From positions 1-64,000 of the forward strand of contig NGBS01000308.1 in the NCBI GenBank assembly GCA_002245135.1: a DNA stretch of 64,000 nt, given 5' to 3'. The notes beneath the pieces were generated by a model. The model had not been told where the DNA came from, made no database searches, and worked only from the letters and a program-made list of their open reading frames with translations. The stretch comes from Proteromonas lacertae (lineage: Eukaryota). Positions 12,480-25,691 of the stretch are shown here, piece by piece. Numbering within the stretch: position 1 is the first letter of the stretch; the number at the start of each line of letters is the position of its first letter. Both the position numbers and the translations under genes were made by a program.

Positions 12480-13773
12480 TTAGTAAAAAATATATTTATC
12501 TCCATCTCTTGTGTAAAGACAAGTCCTTATATCAGCATCTTCTCTCTCTTTCAATATTTCATATAATCTATCAAGTGGTTTACTATATTGCTCTCGTCTT
12601 AATTGTATTAGAAATTCAATCAGTAAAACTTCAGGATATTTCAAATGGAGTGTATATAATCTAAAATTTATTTCTCTTACAATATTTGTATCATTTTCTA
12701 ATTTGGGAATTTCAGATTTTCTATTATATTTTTTATCATAAAATTAACATATATATATATATATATAATTTCTATACATTAATCTCTTTAATGAATCTTC
12801 ACTACAAATTGGACATTTTCCCTGTTCATATTTACTCTATTCAAATAATAATTAATAATAATTAAAATACATTTATTAAACAGTTTTTACAGAACTTATG
12901 TTTGCATTCAAATTCTTTTATTTCATCTCCATTCTTAGTAAATTCTTTCATACATATTGGACAAGTTACTTGAATATAATTCTTACTTTTACTTAGATAT
13001 CTTGAACTTATTCTTATATTTTCTATTTCTTCTAAATTCTTCTTAAATTCACTATTAAATGTAAATATATATATAAATACTTGAATTTTTTATTCTTAAT
13101 TCTTTGAGTAAAATAATTAAAAGCAAAGAAAATACTTATACTAAAAATAAAGAATGGAGCTAACCATCCTGTTGGACTGACTATATATATTTCTTCGCCA
13201 TTTATCAAACTGTTTATATCCGTTAAAAATACATCAACTGTATTACTTACATTATTCAATGAACTGACTGGTAATAAACGATATTTTAAAGTGCTAAAAG
13301 ATGTTTTATCTATGTATTTCTTTATCATATCACTATAAGCGAAACTGAAATCACCATTTTCTTTGTTTAAACCGAATAATAATTCACTACAACAGTGGGA
13401 ATTTAAACATGACGATTCTTTTAATACACATTCCATTTCTTCATGCATTTCTGTAATGTTATCTTTACCATTAAATACTATTACATGAATATTAATGGTG
13501 TGAGACTCATTATCACACACAAATGTATGATTTGATGAAATCTCTTTGACATAATCATTAAATCTATTACAATTACATTACAATTCAAGTTTTATACTTT
13601 TTCAACGTTAATGGAGGTATAGTATTGGAAGGATCACAAATTGATTGTCTGTAACACAAGGGTATGTTTCCACATCGTTTATTTACATCACTATTAGCAA
13701 ATAATAAATTATCTGCTACAACTGTGACTAAATAAAGACAGAAACTAAATAGAATTAAAATGAAATGGATCAT
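12480..13773 (-). CDS. Signal peptide + MOLO-1/TPM-like ectodomain + TM + C3HC4 RING protein
   Basis: Hydrophobic N-terminus, CG..SICDP motif, TM WLAPFFIFSISIFFAF and RING CPICMKEF..CKHKFCKNCL..CPIC assembled across short introns. Confidence 0.75.
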
Positions 13774-13868
13774 CGAAAATAATACACCATTTTTTCATTA
13801 ACCGAATCATTTAAAAGTGTTTTAACTTTATAAAGAGATATATTATCACATTATTGTATCGTTTAATC

Positions 13869-14399
13869 ATGCTACAAAGTGGTAATCTATATTTATTACT
13901 TGATAAAATAAACTCTTCTTCAGTATTTTGGTTTTTGGTTACAGGAATACTATGGGGATCTACCACACCATTCATGAGTGAAGGTATGCCAAAGTATAAA
14001 ATATTATATATTAGGTTCAAAGAATAAAAATTCAAATGCAAATTCCTCTTCTTCTTTATTCTCTAGAATTCTAGCATTATTCTTAAATTTATATGTATTG
14101 CTTGTTATAATAATTCGTTTTAGTTTTTAATTCCATTTGGATTAAATCAACTTGGATCTTTGACTTTTTTGAAAGCTTTAGGGAGTAGTAGTATGATATT
14201 AGTATTTATTTAATAGAATTGTCTGTTGCTGTGCCTGTATGCAATTCTCTATCATTTATATTCACTGCAATTACTTCTGTTTTATTGAGATTAGAAAATT
14301 CTATCAATTTAAGTATGATATATGTTGCTATATTATGTAGATGTGATATTTGGATGTATATTAATCATTGTAGGAGTATATATTTGTACATTTGAATAA
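13869..14399 (+). CDS. TMEM234: TMEM234-like small membrane protein (missed by the ORF track)
   Basis: Spliced product contains LWGSTTPFMSEGS, FLIPFGLNQLGSLTF and LSVAVPVCNSLSFIFTAIT; five short introns. Confidence 0.85.
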
Positions 14400-14485
14400 T
14401 CTTTCAGTTAATCTTTTCATTTTGTTTTTTAAAACAATTAAACAAATCATACATATAAAGAAAATAAATTAATTTAATATATTTT

Positions 14486-17400
14486 TTAATTTGTTGTATT
14501 ATCTCCATCAGTATAAGGGGTTCTAAACAAATGAACAACTGTTCCATCATCACTTCCTTCATCATTATAACTAATTACAACCATATCATTACCTTCAGAT
14601 AATGGTATATAACTACAGTGTAAAAAGAATTTATTCTCGATTGTGCAATTAAAATCTACATTTTGAACTTTTGATAAATCATTATTCTTTACTACAGTAA
14701 TATTCAAATTCTTCATCACAAATCCTTTATCTGTTGGGTTTTTTAATTCATCTCTCATTTCATACTATATTAATAAATAATAATATATATAGATATACTA
14801 AAATATCACATTTTAAATTAACATAACACTGTACATTACTCATACAATATAAATTCTTAATAAAAAACACTTCTGGTTCAATATCAATATAAAAAGGAGA
14901 ATTGCCAATAAATGTGTCACTATAAGTAACAATGATCGAATTATTCTGACTCACTCTAGGAGTAAAATCAAACTGACAAGTCCCATTTCCAATACAATTA
15001 ATTGAACAAGGAGTTAAAGTATATTTATAAAATGATAATACATAACAATCTAAATTGTTATTAAATTCTTCATTATTCAGTATATTAAAAGTAATATCAA
15101 CAATATCAACAGTGAAATTATATTGTTTTCCTACTACAAATGTTGTATTTTCAATAGATATATTCATATTAATCGGATAAGGTTCTCCACTTCCAATTTC
15201 TACTTGATATGGACTTCCAAATATTTCACCAATTGTTTCATTCTTTTCACTTAATAACACAACGGATAGATTATAATTTCCACTAATTTCTGGTTTATAA
15301 TACCCAGTAATAATTCCACTATCATTATCAACTGTAATGTTTACTGGAATTGAGATGTTTGTGTTATTATTATTAATCATTTCTATCTTATATAATGACT
15401 CAAACGTTTGATTAAATAGTGATAATGATTCACTAGTAACTAAATTCTGATATTTATCTCTTGATAATATTAAAAATGAGCAAATAGAACCACTTATACA
15501 ATTAACAGCACCTAATCTTAAAGCTGTTGAATAAAATAAATCAGGATAATTTGGGAATATTTTAATATATTGTGGACTATTTGTTAATTCACTATACCAG
15601 TAGAAATAACTCTCATGTATAACTTCCTCATCTTTTTTACCTGGAATAATCCATGAAACAGACACATCCACTGAATCACTACCATGTTTAAATCTTAATA
15701 AAAAGTTCGTATAGTGATTTTCATATAAATCAATAGTAATTCTTGTTTCATTAGTGATAACAAACCAATTATCAATAATCAACATATCATTTATCCACAT
15801 TCTAGTATAACCACTTGTTCTTACAATAAATGTATAATTTCCTGATGTTGGTGGTTTAATAATTGATTTCCATTGCATATATAATGGACTACCTTCTATT
15901 GACATAGAAGTAACAAGTGGATAAGATATATTAATATATCTATCAACATGACTGATTATTGGTTCACTATTGAAATCATCATTTACATAATAATATCTAT
16001 TCAAACCATAAGGTTTCATTACATAGAAATCAAATGGAATAACACCTGAACCTGTTGAGTTAAATTGACATTTGAATGTATTACCTTGTACTTCTGTACA
16101 ATTACCATCAATTGGTGGAGTAAATGAAGTGCTTGAGAATAAATAATATTGAACTTGATGTGGTACTTCCATTACTATAGTTATATTATCTTCTTTTATT
16201 TTATTTGATCTTATAAAATCATCAAATTTTACATACAATATATTTAAATCACCTGCTTTATAATATTTATCTTTATTAACATCATTTGTATCTAATGCTT
16301 TGGATGAAACGTTATAAAATTCAAATGTTGCTTTATTTAAATAATCTTCATCATCATCTATTATTGTTATATTACTCCATGTAAAATTAGAATTCACAGA
16401 TAACAATCCTGCTCCATCACTTGTATTAAATAAAATGAAATAAACTGTTTCATTACCTTCATAAAGTAAATCGTCATGAATTGTTAAAGATATATTCTTT
16501 TCAATCACTCCTTCTTCAAAATATAAAGTTTGATTTACTGTATAGAATGTAGTTGGTGATATATCAGCAGGAGATGTGGTTTTATGGTATAACATATAAT
16601 CTACACTTGATTCTCCCAAACCACCACCCGTTCTACGAACTGTTATATTTAAAAACGGCTCATTTTCTTTTATTGCAATTTCATGCATATTTTGGGGTAT
16701 ATAAAATAAGCCTAAAGTTCCGCACACCCTATTATTAACTGGTTTTCGTACACATTCCCAACTAGCATCATTACTTTTACCCTATTTCAAAATAATATAT
16801 ATATATAAATACTTGTTGACATGTCATTGATCTTTCATTTAAAGCTAAACTCTCATTTTCACTAATATCCACTAAATAATATGATTCACTATCATCAAAG
16901 TATTTACCATCATGTTTATTCATTGGATATACATATGACAATAATAAATTAAATTCATCTTCGTCATAATATTCAGGTAATTCAGGATAAATATTACTTC
17001 CAAGTTTATCACTTGTTCTTAAGGTATTTAACAAAGTATCTGCACAATAAGTACATTCTTTTTCTGTACATGTGTGACAACGTGGATCATAAACTGTACA
17101 ACTAACACAACTGAAATCCGTTGAGTTTAAATAATAACCTGTTGAACATTCTGTACAATTCTCTGCATTACATTTGTCGCAGTAGAGACTGTATTTTTGA
17201 CATTTATTTTGTTCGCATGCATCACCTAATCTGTTGGCATTACAAATACATTCACCTGTTTCATAATTACAACTACCTCCATAATTACAGTTGTCTGGAC
17301 ATAGTTTCTTTGGTTCACAGGTGTTATTTTTAGACATATAATAACTGTTAATACATTTTTCACATGATTTTCCTGTGTATCCTTGTTGACAATAACAATA

Positions 17401-17743
17401 TCCAGATCTTTTATCACAAAATCCATTACTATTTCATATTAATAGAATGTTAAATTTATAAAATTTTATAAATACTTTTCTGATGTGCAATTGTTAGGAC
17501 ATGACTGTGTTTGTCTAATTTCCTAACAATATTAAATTAAAATATTTATACTGTTTCATATAAATTGGGTCTATTTCCTGATAAGATAGATCCAGATCTA
17601 AAGTATTGTTGGATTCTGGCTGTTGAAGAATTTTCAATACTATCTATGTACGGTCTTGCATATGGCGGTGCAGGAGTTTTGGCATCATCATCAGCCAAGA
17701 CAGATATACACAGAGTGAAAAATAAAAGAAAATAGATTTTCAT
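14486..17743 (-). CDS. Large secreted/surface protein with EGF-like, Cys-rich, Calx-beta, PA14 and filamin/Ig-like domains
   Basis: Signal peptide, CPDNCNYGGSC EGF, ITVRRTGG..VDY..LYFEEGVIEKNISLTIHDD (Calx-beta), PPTSGNYTFIVRTSGYTRMWIND (PA14) and GSPY/NSPF filamin-repeat ends. Confidence 0.85.
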
Positions 17744-17815
17744 TAATACGTTGTATTAGCCAAACGAATATATTTTTTAAATAAATATAGTCGTTTCATA
17801 TTATTCTGCATTTTG
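17744..17815. promoter_or_regulatory. Compact bidirectional promoter with an inverted pair of TCGTTT motifs
   Basis: AAACGA at 17762-17767 and TCGTTT at 17791-17796, each 18-19 nt upstream of a divergent ATG. Confidence 0.45.
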
Positions 17816-19349
17816 ATGTTGGTCTAAGTGTTGTCGTCCTGTAGCTAGTATTGAACAAGTCACAAAATATGTATATATATTGCTGTGCTATTCATTAGAT
17901 CAAATATATGAGATTAATGAGTGACATTCCTACAAAACCTCCTGAAGTTCCAAAAAATGAAATACCTGTTAAACCAAAACCCAATTTACCTCGTAAACCA
18001 GCATCAAAGCTTCCAAGAAAAGACAAAACACCGCCAAAAGAGAAAAAGAGAAAGAGCATAGGTGAAAATCTACATAGTTCACATGCTAAAACCACAAAAG
18101 TGTTATTAAATCCTACAAAATATTCAAAATATGCAATGTATGGATTATTAGGTTTATTTGTGATTGGAGCTGGATATGAATCATATAGACGTATAATTAT
18201 AAATGTTATAGTGATAAATAGTACAAGCAAATGGCACATTATCCTATCAAGGATTTAAAGATGATATGAATAGAGTGTTTATCTCTATAAAAGATTTTTC
18301 CACTAAACCAGCAACAGAGAAACTATTACCAGAACGTATGCCAGGTCCAGATGGTAAATATCGTCCAACTGTCATAATTGGAATTGATGATGTTTTAATC
18401 CACAGAGAATGGAGTCCAGAACATGGTTGGCGATTTGTAAAGAGACCAGGATGTGATAATTTATTATTTTATTTAGCTCAATTATATGAATTAGTGTTGT
18501 TTTCAGAAGCTTCAATTAGCGCTGATGATGCTTTACAATTATTAGATCCACAGAATTTTGTTCAATATAAATTATACTCAGATTCAATGACAAAAATAAA
18601 TGGAAAATTGGTGAAAGATTTAACAAGAATTAATCGACCATTAGAAGAGGTTGTGATTATTGAATCAAAGCCTGAAATGATAGTTCAACCAGAAAATGCA
18701 ATAATGATAAAACCATTTACAAATGTGAATGATACTGAAGATCCAACATTGACTAAATTATCAAATGCATTAGAATGTATATTATTATTTATTATTTTAA
18801 TAGATTTGGCTGTTCATAGCACAAATTTTGTTAAAACATTAGATGAATATAAACAGAATAATTCCAATAAAGATATACTTGATGTGATAGTATAAAAATA
18901 TATATATTTATTTATTATTTCTTTTATTATTATAATTAATATAGTTGGAAGATTATAGTAAAGATAGTGAAGTAGCTGTAACTACTGAAGTGGATGCTTC
19001 AGAGTTAGTTAAACCAATAGCACCATTCACTACTATGATGGATCCTAATATGTGTTTAATTGTTCCATACAACTCCAAGACATTGAATCTTACAGATTTC
19101 GAAGTTCCCCCACTTCCTGACCCAGTGACATTACCAAGAGCTGAAAGACGTGGTGTTGTTAGTAGTGATCTTACTTATTGGGAAGATATTTATTATAATG
19201 AACAAGATGAAATTAGAAAAGGCTTAGATGAGCAAAGAAGGAAGGTGAAAGAGTATTATGATCAACAGAGAAGAGAGATGGAATTACAAATGCAAGAAGT
19301 TAATGAAGGTGGAGTGATGAATAAAATGAAAGAGAAAATTGGATTTTAA
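17816..19349 (+). CDS. TIM50: Mitochondrial import inner membrane translocase subunit Tim50
   Basis: Presequence-like N-terminus and one TM, then KLLPE..PTVIIGIDDVLIHREWSPEHGWRFVKRPG..KDLTRINRPL (FCP1-like domain). Exon 1 appears to carry a 1-nt indel; the alternative start is 17908. Confidence 0.9.
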
Positions 19350-19477
19350 ATAATGTCTTGTAAGTTATGGTTATTATTATTACATCTGTTTAATTCTTTT
19401 TTGTTTAAGTGAAAAAAAGAAAAGAAAAAAATCAAGCTTTCTTCAAATATTTCAAATCTTTTCAATCAATTTGTGAA

Positions 19478-21108
19478 ATGAGTAGATATGAAATAGGGAC
19501 AGAAACAGTATTATATTATGTGTCATATGTTATTTAGACGTTTCAGGAAAAGATTGGACGGTTTGAGGTTTCCTTTCATGAATTTATCGATGAAGGTGAA
19601 TTTTCTGATTCCTACTGTTTTGCTGATTTGTATTTATTTCTTTTCAATAATTATTATTTCTAATATATAGAGGAACATTAACACCGAAAAGATCCAGTTC
19701 TTTCAATAATCTAAGCCAAGCAACTCTTCCATCAAGAAAATCTAAAGTCGCAATAGATTTTATTCCAAGAGGAAGACCATCATCAGAAACAGATGCTTCA
19801 GATAATACTCTGTTAAGTCCATTCAGACCAAAAGTAGGTTCAGATCTAGTAGAAAAAGACTCAAGTGATGATATACCTATTGAAACACAAAACATCTCTT
19901 CAGGAATTAATACAGAATCAACTCAATCATTATCAACAACAACACCATCAACTAATGAAACTCCAAATCATTATCCACCTCAAATATCTCCAATATTACC
20001 CTCTTACATTCAACAACCAATCACTTATCATATACACCAACATCATCATCATCATCAAGGAGAATTACAACAACAAAATCAACAACAAAATCAACAATCA
20101 GATACACCATCTCCACCAGCAGTACCTGATCTGGTGTATCCTGATATACCATCAGAGATTCAACAAAGTCAAATACCACTACAGTCTCCACCAGTAAATA
20201 TCAATGTGGTTTCTACAACTCCTGTATTAATTAATTCACCACAACATATGGTAATTTCACCACATGAATTATTAATACAACAACAACAACAACAGTATTT
20301 ATCTCCAAATACTTCAACTGATTATATTCAAAATAATAATAATAATAATAATAATGGTGATAATAGTAATATATCAATGGAACCTTTGGTAAATATAACT
20401 CCAATTTTAAATAATAGAGTATATGAAGCAGTGAATAATGAAATACCACAATTATCACATCAAAAACAACAACAACAACAGAATTACTATATAAACCAAC
20501 AGAATCAATATCAACAACAACAATTACCAATAAATAGTAATAATAATGAAAATGGCAATATAGCGACTGTAATAACTTCAGATAGTCAATCAATTATTCC
20601 ACCACCACTTACTACTGTCTTACAACAACAACAACAACAACAATTATATCAGAGTAATTATGACAATACTCCACCTCCAGTTATGGAAGAACTTCCCATT
20701 CCAATTTCATCATCTTCAACTCCATTATTACATCCTATGCAACAACCACAACCATTATTTCAATCATCATCACCCCTACCACCACCACCACAACAACAAC
20801 AACAAATACAAGAAACTCAACAACAACAGTATATTCAAACAGAATTATCACCATCTACAATCAATACATCATCTCAACAACAACAACAACCATATAATCA
20901 TTATTCTGATCTTATTATTAATGAAATATATAGTGGTGATAGAACACCAACCAATCATTCATCATTTAATAGTAGAGAAGGTGTTGAAAATTCACCTGAT
21001 GGTAAAGTATTTGAATTAGGAGCTCCTTGTGGTGCGTATAATAATAATAATAATGTATTTATTATTTTATTTATAGAATACCATTAAATTCAACATTTTG
21101 TGGAACAG

Positions 21109-21140
<32 letters not shown>

Positions 21141-21389
21141 ATAGTTATTAAATGCAATTTTACAATTAGAAGATGTTATTGACAGTATGATTATAAGCGT
21201 AGGCATTGATAATTGTAGTTTAAAGAGTATATAATTATAATATATTATTTATGAAATATAGCAAAAGATATGTTGATTGATGAAATAAAGAATATGAAAC
21301 AACAAAATGAAATATTACAGCAAAATATTGATGAATTACAATCAAGAGGTAATGAAATAATAGATGTTAGTAATAATGCAAATAATTAA
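19478..21389 (+). CDS. Q/P/N-rich low-complexity protein with N-terminal GRFEV motif and C-terminal coiled coil
   Basis: Spliced MSRYEIGTET|TFQEKIGRFEVSF..., a long poly-Q exon and a final exon KDMLIDEIKNMKQQNEILQQNIDEL. Confidence 0.7.
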
Positions 21390-21565
21390 ATATAATATTA
21401 GTTTTTATAATTTTCTTTCATTCTTAAAGTGAAAAACAATGAAATATTGTGAAGAGTAAAAAATGTTTTGATTAAGTTGTTGAAATAATCGATATTATGA
21501 GATAATGAGTTAAATATCTAGATATCAATTACTAAATCAACACCAGACAACAAAACAATCAAAAT

Positions 21566-22483
21566 TTACTTTTTATTCTTATTTTCACCTAAAATTTCTT
21601 CTTTAGAAGGTAATAATACATCTCTAACACTCAATCCATCAACATTCTTCAAATCCAAGTTAGCTCCTCTATTAATCACTAACTGTGACATAACTTGACA
21701 TTGTATTTTATTCCAACAATCTTTAGGCGATCTATGTAAAGCTGTATAACCATGTGAATCTTGAATATTTGGATTTAATTCTTTATATGAAGTCAAACCA
21801 ATTACACTCCCCAATTTCTGCCATTCTATAGCCCAATGAAGTGGTGTTTCACTTATTTCATTTTGATGATTAATATCTGCTCCATTATCTATTAATGTTT
21901 TGATTGTCAGTGTCTATTTAACAATATATTATATATATTATATATATTATTATATACATCATTTGAATAAGTTGCCCAAAACAATGGAGTTGTATGCATA
22001 TGATTTTCGTGATCAATTTCACTTCCATAAGATATTAAATATTGAATTATTGTCATGTTTCCTCTTTTACAAGCCCAATGTAATGCGATATTTCCAAAGT
22101 TATCTGGTTTGTTAATTGATTCAGGATCTTCACTTAATAATTCATTCAAACAGTCTATATCACTATAATAGGCACAATTCTGTAGGGTTTTGGAAGGATC
22201 AAAATATACTATTAAACCAATGAAAACACTTAAAACAAATACAAACACACTATTAAATAATAATCTTCAATAAATATACAAACATAGTGTTTTAAGACAT
22301 GAATTATCTTTTTTCAATTTATCTATCCTTGTAACTGATGTATCTAAATAATCAAATACATCAGTTGTAATAGATTCATCTATAAATGCAATAATTCAAA
22401 TAACATATACCATTATTGAATAAACTTTTCATTTCTATTATTGAATCATCATAGCCGATTTTCTTTTTGTAATATTTACTCAT
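21566..22483 (-). CDS. Ankyrin repeat protein with N-terminal TM segment
   Basis: GNIALHWAC, TTPLFWAT, ETPLHWAI and GYTALH repeats after a hydrophobic stretch. Confidence 0.85.
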
Positions 22484-22740
22484 AGTTTCGAAGATTTTGT
22501 TATTACTTTCTTCATTTAGCCCATTTCTATACAATATATTTGGATTTATGATACATTATGTTTTTAATTTCTTCTACTCTTTCTTTTGTCATCCCCCTCT
22601 TTTCAGATTCTGTCATTTCTTCAATTTAATATTTCTTGAAACGAATATATTTTTGAAAATGATTTTTAAAAAATGAAATTCTGAATTACACACATATATA
22701 AATGACTAATAATAATAAAATAAAGGAATAATAATTAAAA

Positions 22741-23852
22741 TTATTGCGTTTTCAAAGGATGTTTATCAACACTTTTACGATTCTATTCAAATCATTAACA
22801 AAGTAATATATAATAAATATACATCAAAATTTATATCGCTACCAAGTTCTTTAGGTTTTATCGATATATAAAATACTCCAAATAAGCACCATAATATTCC
22901 AAACACATAATGGTATATTACAGACATATCCACAATATTATTAAACTCCTTAAAAAATATTATACCTGAAATACTACTACTCAATATAAAACTACCTTGA
23001 TAGAGCGGTAATATATAAATTGATTCATATCTCTTTAATCCTTCATTCATTATCAGTATTCCACCACCACATACTATCCCTGTAGCTATTAGAAATATTA
23101 ATTCAAGCAATAGAGTAGAAGTATTTTGAGTTGATTTACAAATTATTCAATTAAAGAATATATATATAAGAGTATATTTAAATAGAAAGGATATATTTTT
23201 AGTAATTCTGTTAATGCTTTCACTACAAACTGGTTTCCAGCCTAATAAACCACTACTTATTCCAAATGATAGTTTTTTCATTGAATCTGTTGTATATTTT
23301 GAATATCCGATGGATAACAATGATGCTATAATCATTGATGATGTTACAATATAATAAATAAAGGAGTGGTTATTACAACTTTCAATAATTTCTTCATACG
23401 AGTAATGATGATCATCTCGCGGTGATGCTCCTGTTACTACTAAACAACCTCTACAGATAGATTTAAAAAAGAGTATTTATACATTGTTATTATTATAGAA
23501 CCTATTATATCTGTTTTACAAATATCTTCATTGAGTAGATAATGGCCAAAAAGTATGTTAAATACGACAGTTAATCCAGCAAATGGTGCTACCATTGACT
23601 ATATGAAGTTATTAATTCTAATTATTACTTGAGGAGCAAAGGCATAAGACAATACAGAAAATAAAGGATTTAATATCATTACCATTATAGTACCTAAGAG
23701 AAACACAAACCATGATCTAGATATGAATGAATAAAGAAATACGATTTAGATTCGTTTTCATCAGATTTTATATGTGAAAGTCTTAGTAATATCTTCCCAA
23801 TTGATCCAATAATACATCCAAATATAGCCAAACATACTCCATAAATCCACAT
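22741..23852 (-). CDS. NIPA-like (DUF803) magnesium transporter family protein
   Basis: MWIYGVCLAIFGCIIGSIGKILLR, SYAFAPQSMVAPFAGLTVVFN and MNEGLKRYESIYILPLYQ..SGIIFFKEF. Confidence 0.85.
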
Positions 23853-23981
23853 TTCAAAGAAGAAAATTCAAATTGAAAAAGGTTTGTGAAAATAATTTCC
23901 ATTAACCCAAAAATAAAAAAATAATCATAACCATTAAAATAGAAAGAAAATAATAAGAACAATTCAAAACACTTACATATT

Positions 23982-24610
23982 TTAGCTTCGAGATCTACTT
24001 CTTGAATAGCTTCTACTATGATGTCTACGATGATGGTGATGAGAACGACTTCTATATAATTAAACAAATTAAAAATACTTATGAGAATGTCTACTACTAC
24101 GTCTATAAGATGGAGAACGACTTCGACTACGGCTTCTACTGTGTCTATAAGATCTTTCTCTTTTTCTCATTTCATCTGGGGTCTTTCTTTTATTTTTTGC
24201 TAAACTAATTACGATTGATCTGCCGTTAATGTCACCACTGAAATCTAAGGAAGAATTTGCTGATTTTTTATCTTCAAATTCAACAAATGCATATCCTTTG
24301 GATTTTCTATTATTTATAGTTTTATTTCTAACTAATATACCCATTTCTATAATTTTTAGGAAGAAAAACTTGGTTGATTGAACCATATTTGCTAAAAGCA
24401 TCTTTAATGTCTTCTTTTCTATAAATAAATTAATAAACATATATTTACTTAACATCATCATCGACTCCTCTAATAATTATGGTTTTACCAGTACCTTCTT
24501 CAGATCTACACTGTGAATACAATATTATACGAATTCTTAGATTTACTTCGGCTACGACTTCTACTACGACCTCGACTTCCACTTGGACTGGCTGAACGTG
24601 ATCTTCCCAT
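23982..24610 (-). CDS. SR-family RRM splicing factor
   Basis: RS repeats at both ends; RRM with RNP1 KGYAFVEF followed by AKNKRKTPDEMR (SCL/SRSF10-like). Confidence 0.88.
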
Positions 24611-24814
24611 TAAGAAATAAGAAAAAATTGATCTATGAAAGTTTGATGTTAATCAAGCTTAATTTAAATAAAACTGAATTTCTGATGATCAAATTGTTTT
24701 CTTCGCATGATAAACTACTTAATACATTTTTTATGTATTATTATGTATATTTAAGATATAAATTGATAAATGTATCAATACAAGAAGAAAAAAGAGATCC
24801 AAAAAGGATTAAAT

Positions 24815-25555
24815 CTATTTACCATGATAAATTTTACTATTTCCACTACCACAAGTAAAACACCATGTTACTAAAACAGAAATAAATTGAATAACCATAT
24901 AAATCACAAAAACATCAAATATTGGCATTAACCACTTCTCTACTTCTCTTTGACATGCTTTGAAAAATGAATCATAAGAAGCACAATCTAAAGAATTGAA
25001 ATTATCACACTTTGATATTGTTGTATCATTCTTTCTTAACTGCAAACAACATAAATTGTATGTTTCCATCACACCTTTCTCAAAATTTTCTTTAACGTTG
25101 TTGAAAGGAAAAGCTATGAATAGAAATGATAAAATTAATAATCTGTACAATTGATTGTGATCTTATCTAATGTAATTAAACAACCTAATCCAAAGAACAA
25201 TTCAACTAATATTATTAAAAACATCAATATTGTATAAATCAAAGAATATATTCTTGTACAACATCCTTTCTTATTTGATCTTCCTGAAGCTATACATCCA
25301 ACAATTGAAGTAACAAGAACAACGCTTCCTATCACAATTAGACCAATTGACAGATTCTTAGAGATTAAGTCTGAACCAGTTTCATCAGACTTAGTTAGAG
25401 ATATTGCACCTAATACAATTAATGAAGCACCAATTAACTAATGTTATGAGATATTGAATGTACAAATATGATAGAATTGACAATCCAAAGTCCAAACTTA
25501 AGTAAACACTTACAACATGACTGACACCTACAATTTAAATTGTTTTATCATACAT
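24815..25555 (-). CDS. Tetraspanin-like protein
   Basis: MCQSCCKCLLKFGLWIVN.., four TM segments, IVGCIAS and a CC-containing large loop. The start codon is split by an intron at 25528-25553. Confidence 0.8.
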
Positions 25556-25691
25556 TTATAAGAAAATATGTTTTAGATGAGAAAAAACACGATTTAAAAA
25601 ATAAACTGAAAATATATTCGTTTCATCATTTCTTAAATACAAAAAACACATCATATATATGAATAAATGTCTTTTTATAATAATAATGGTA

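Noticed and set aside
13811..14041. Minus-strand 76-aa ORF
   Set aside because: It is antisense to the spliced TMEM234 gene.
19865..21019. His/Asn/Ile-rich ORFs
   Set aside because: They are alternative frames of CAA/AAT repeats within the poly-Q gene.
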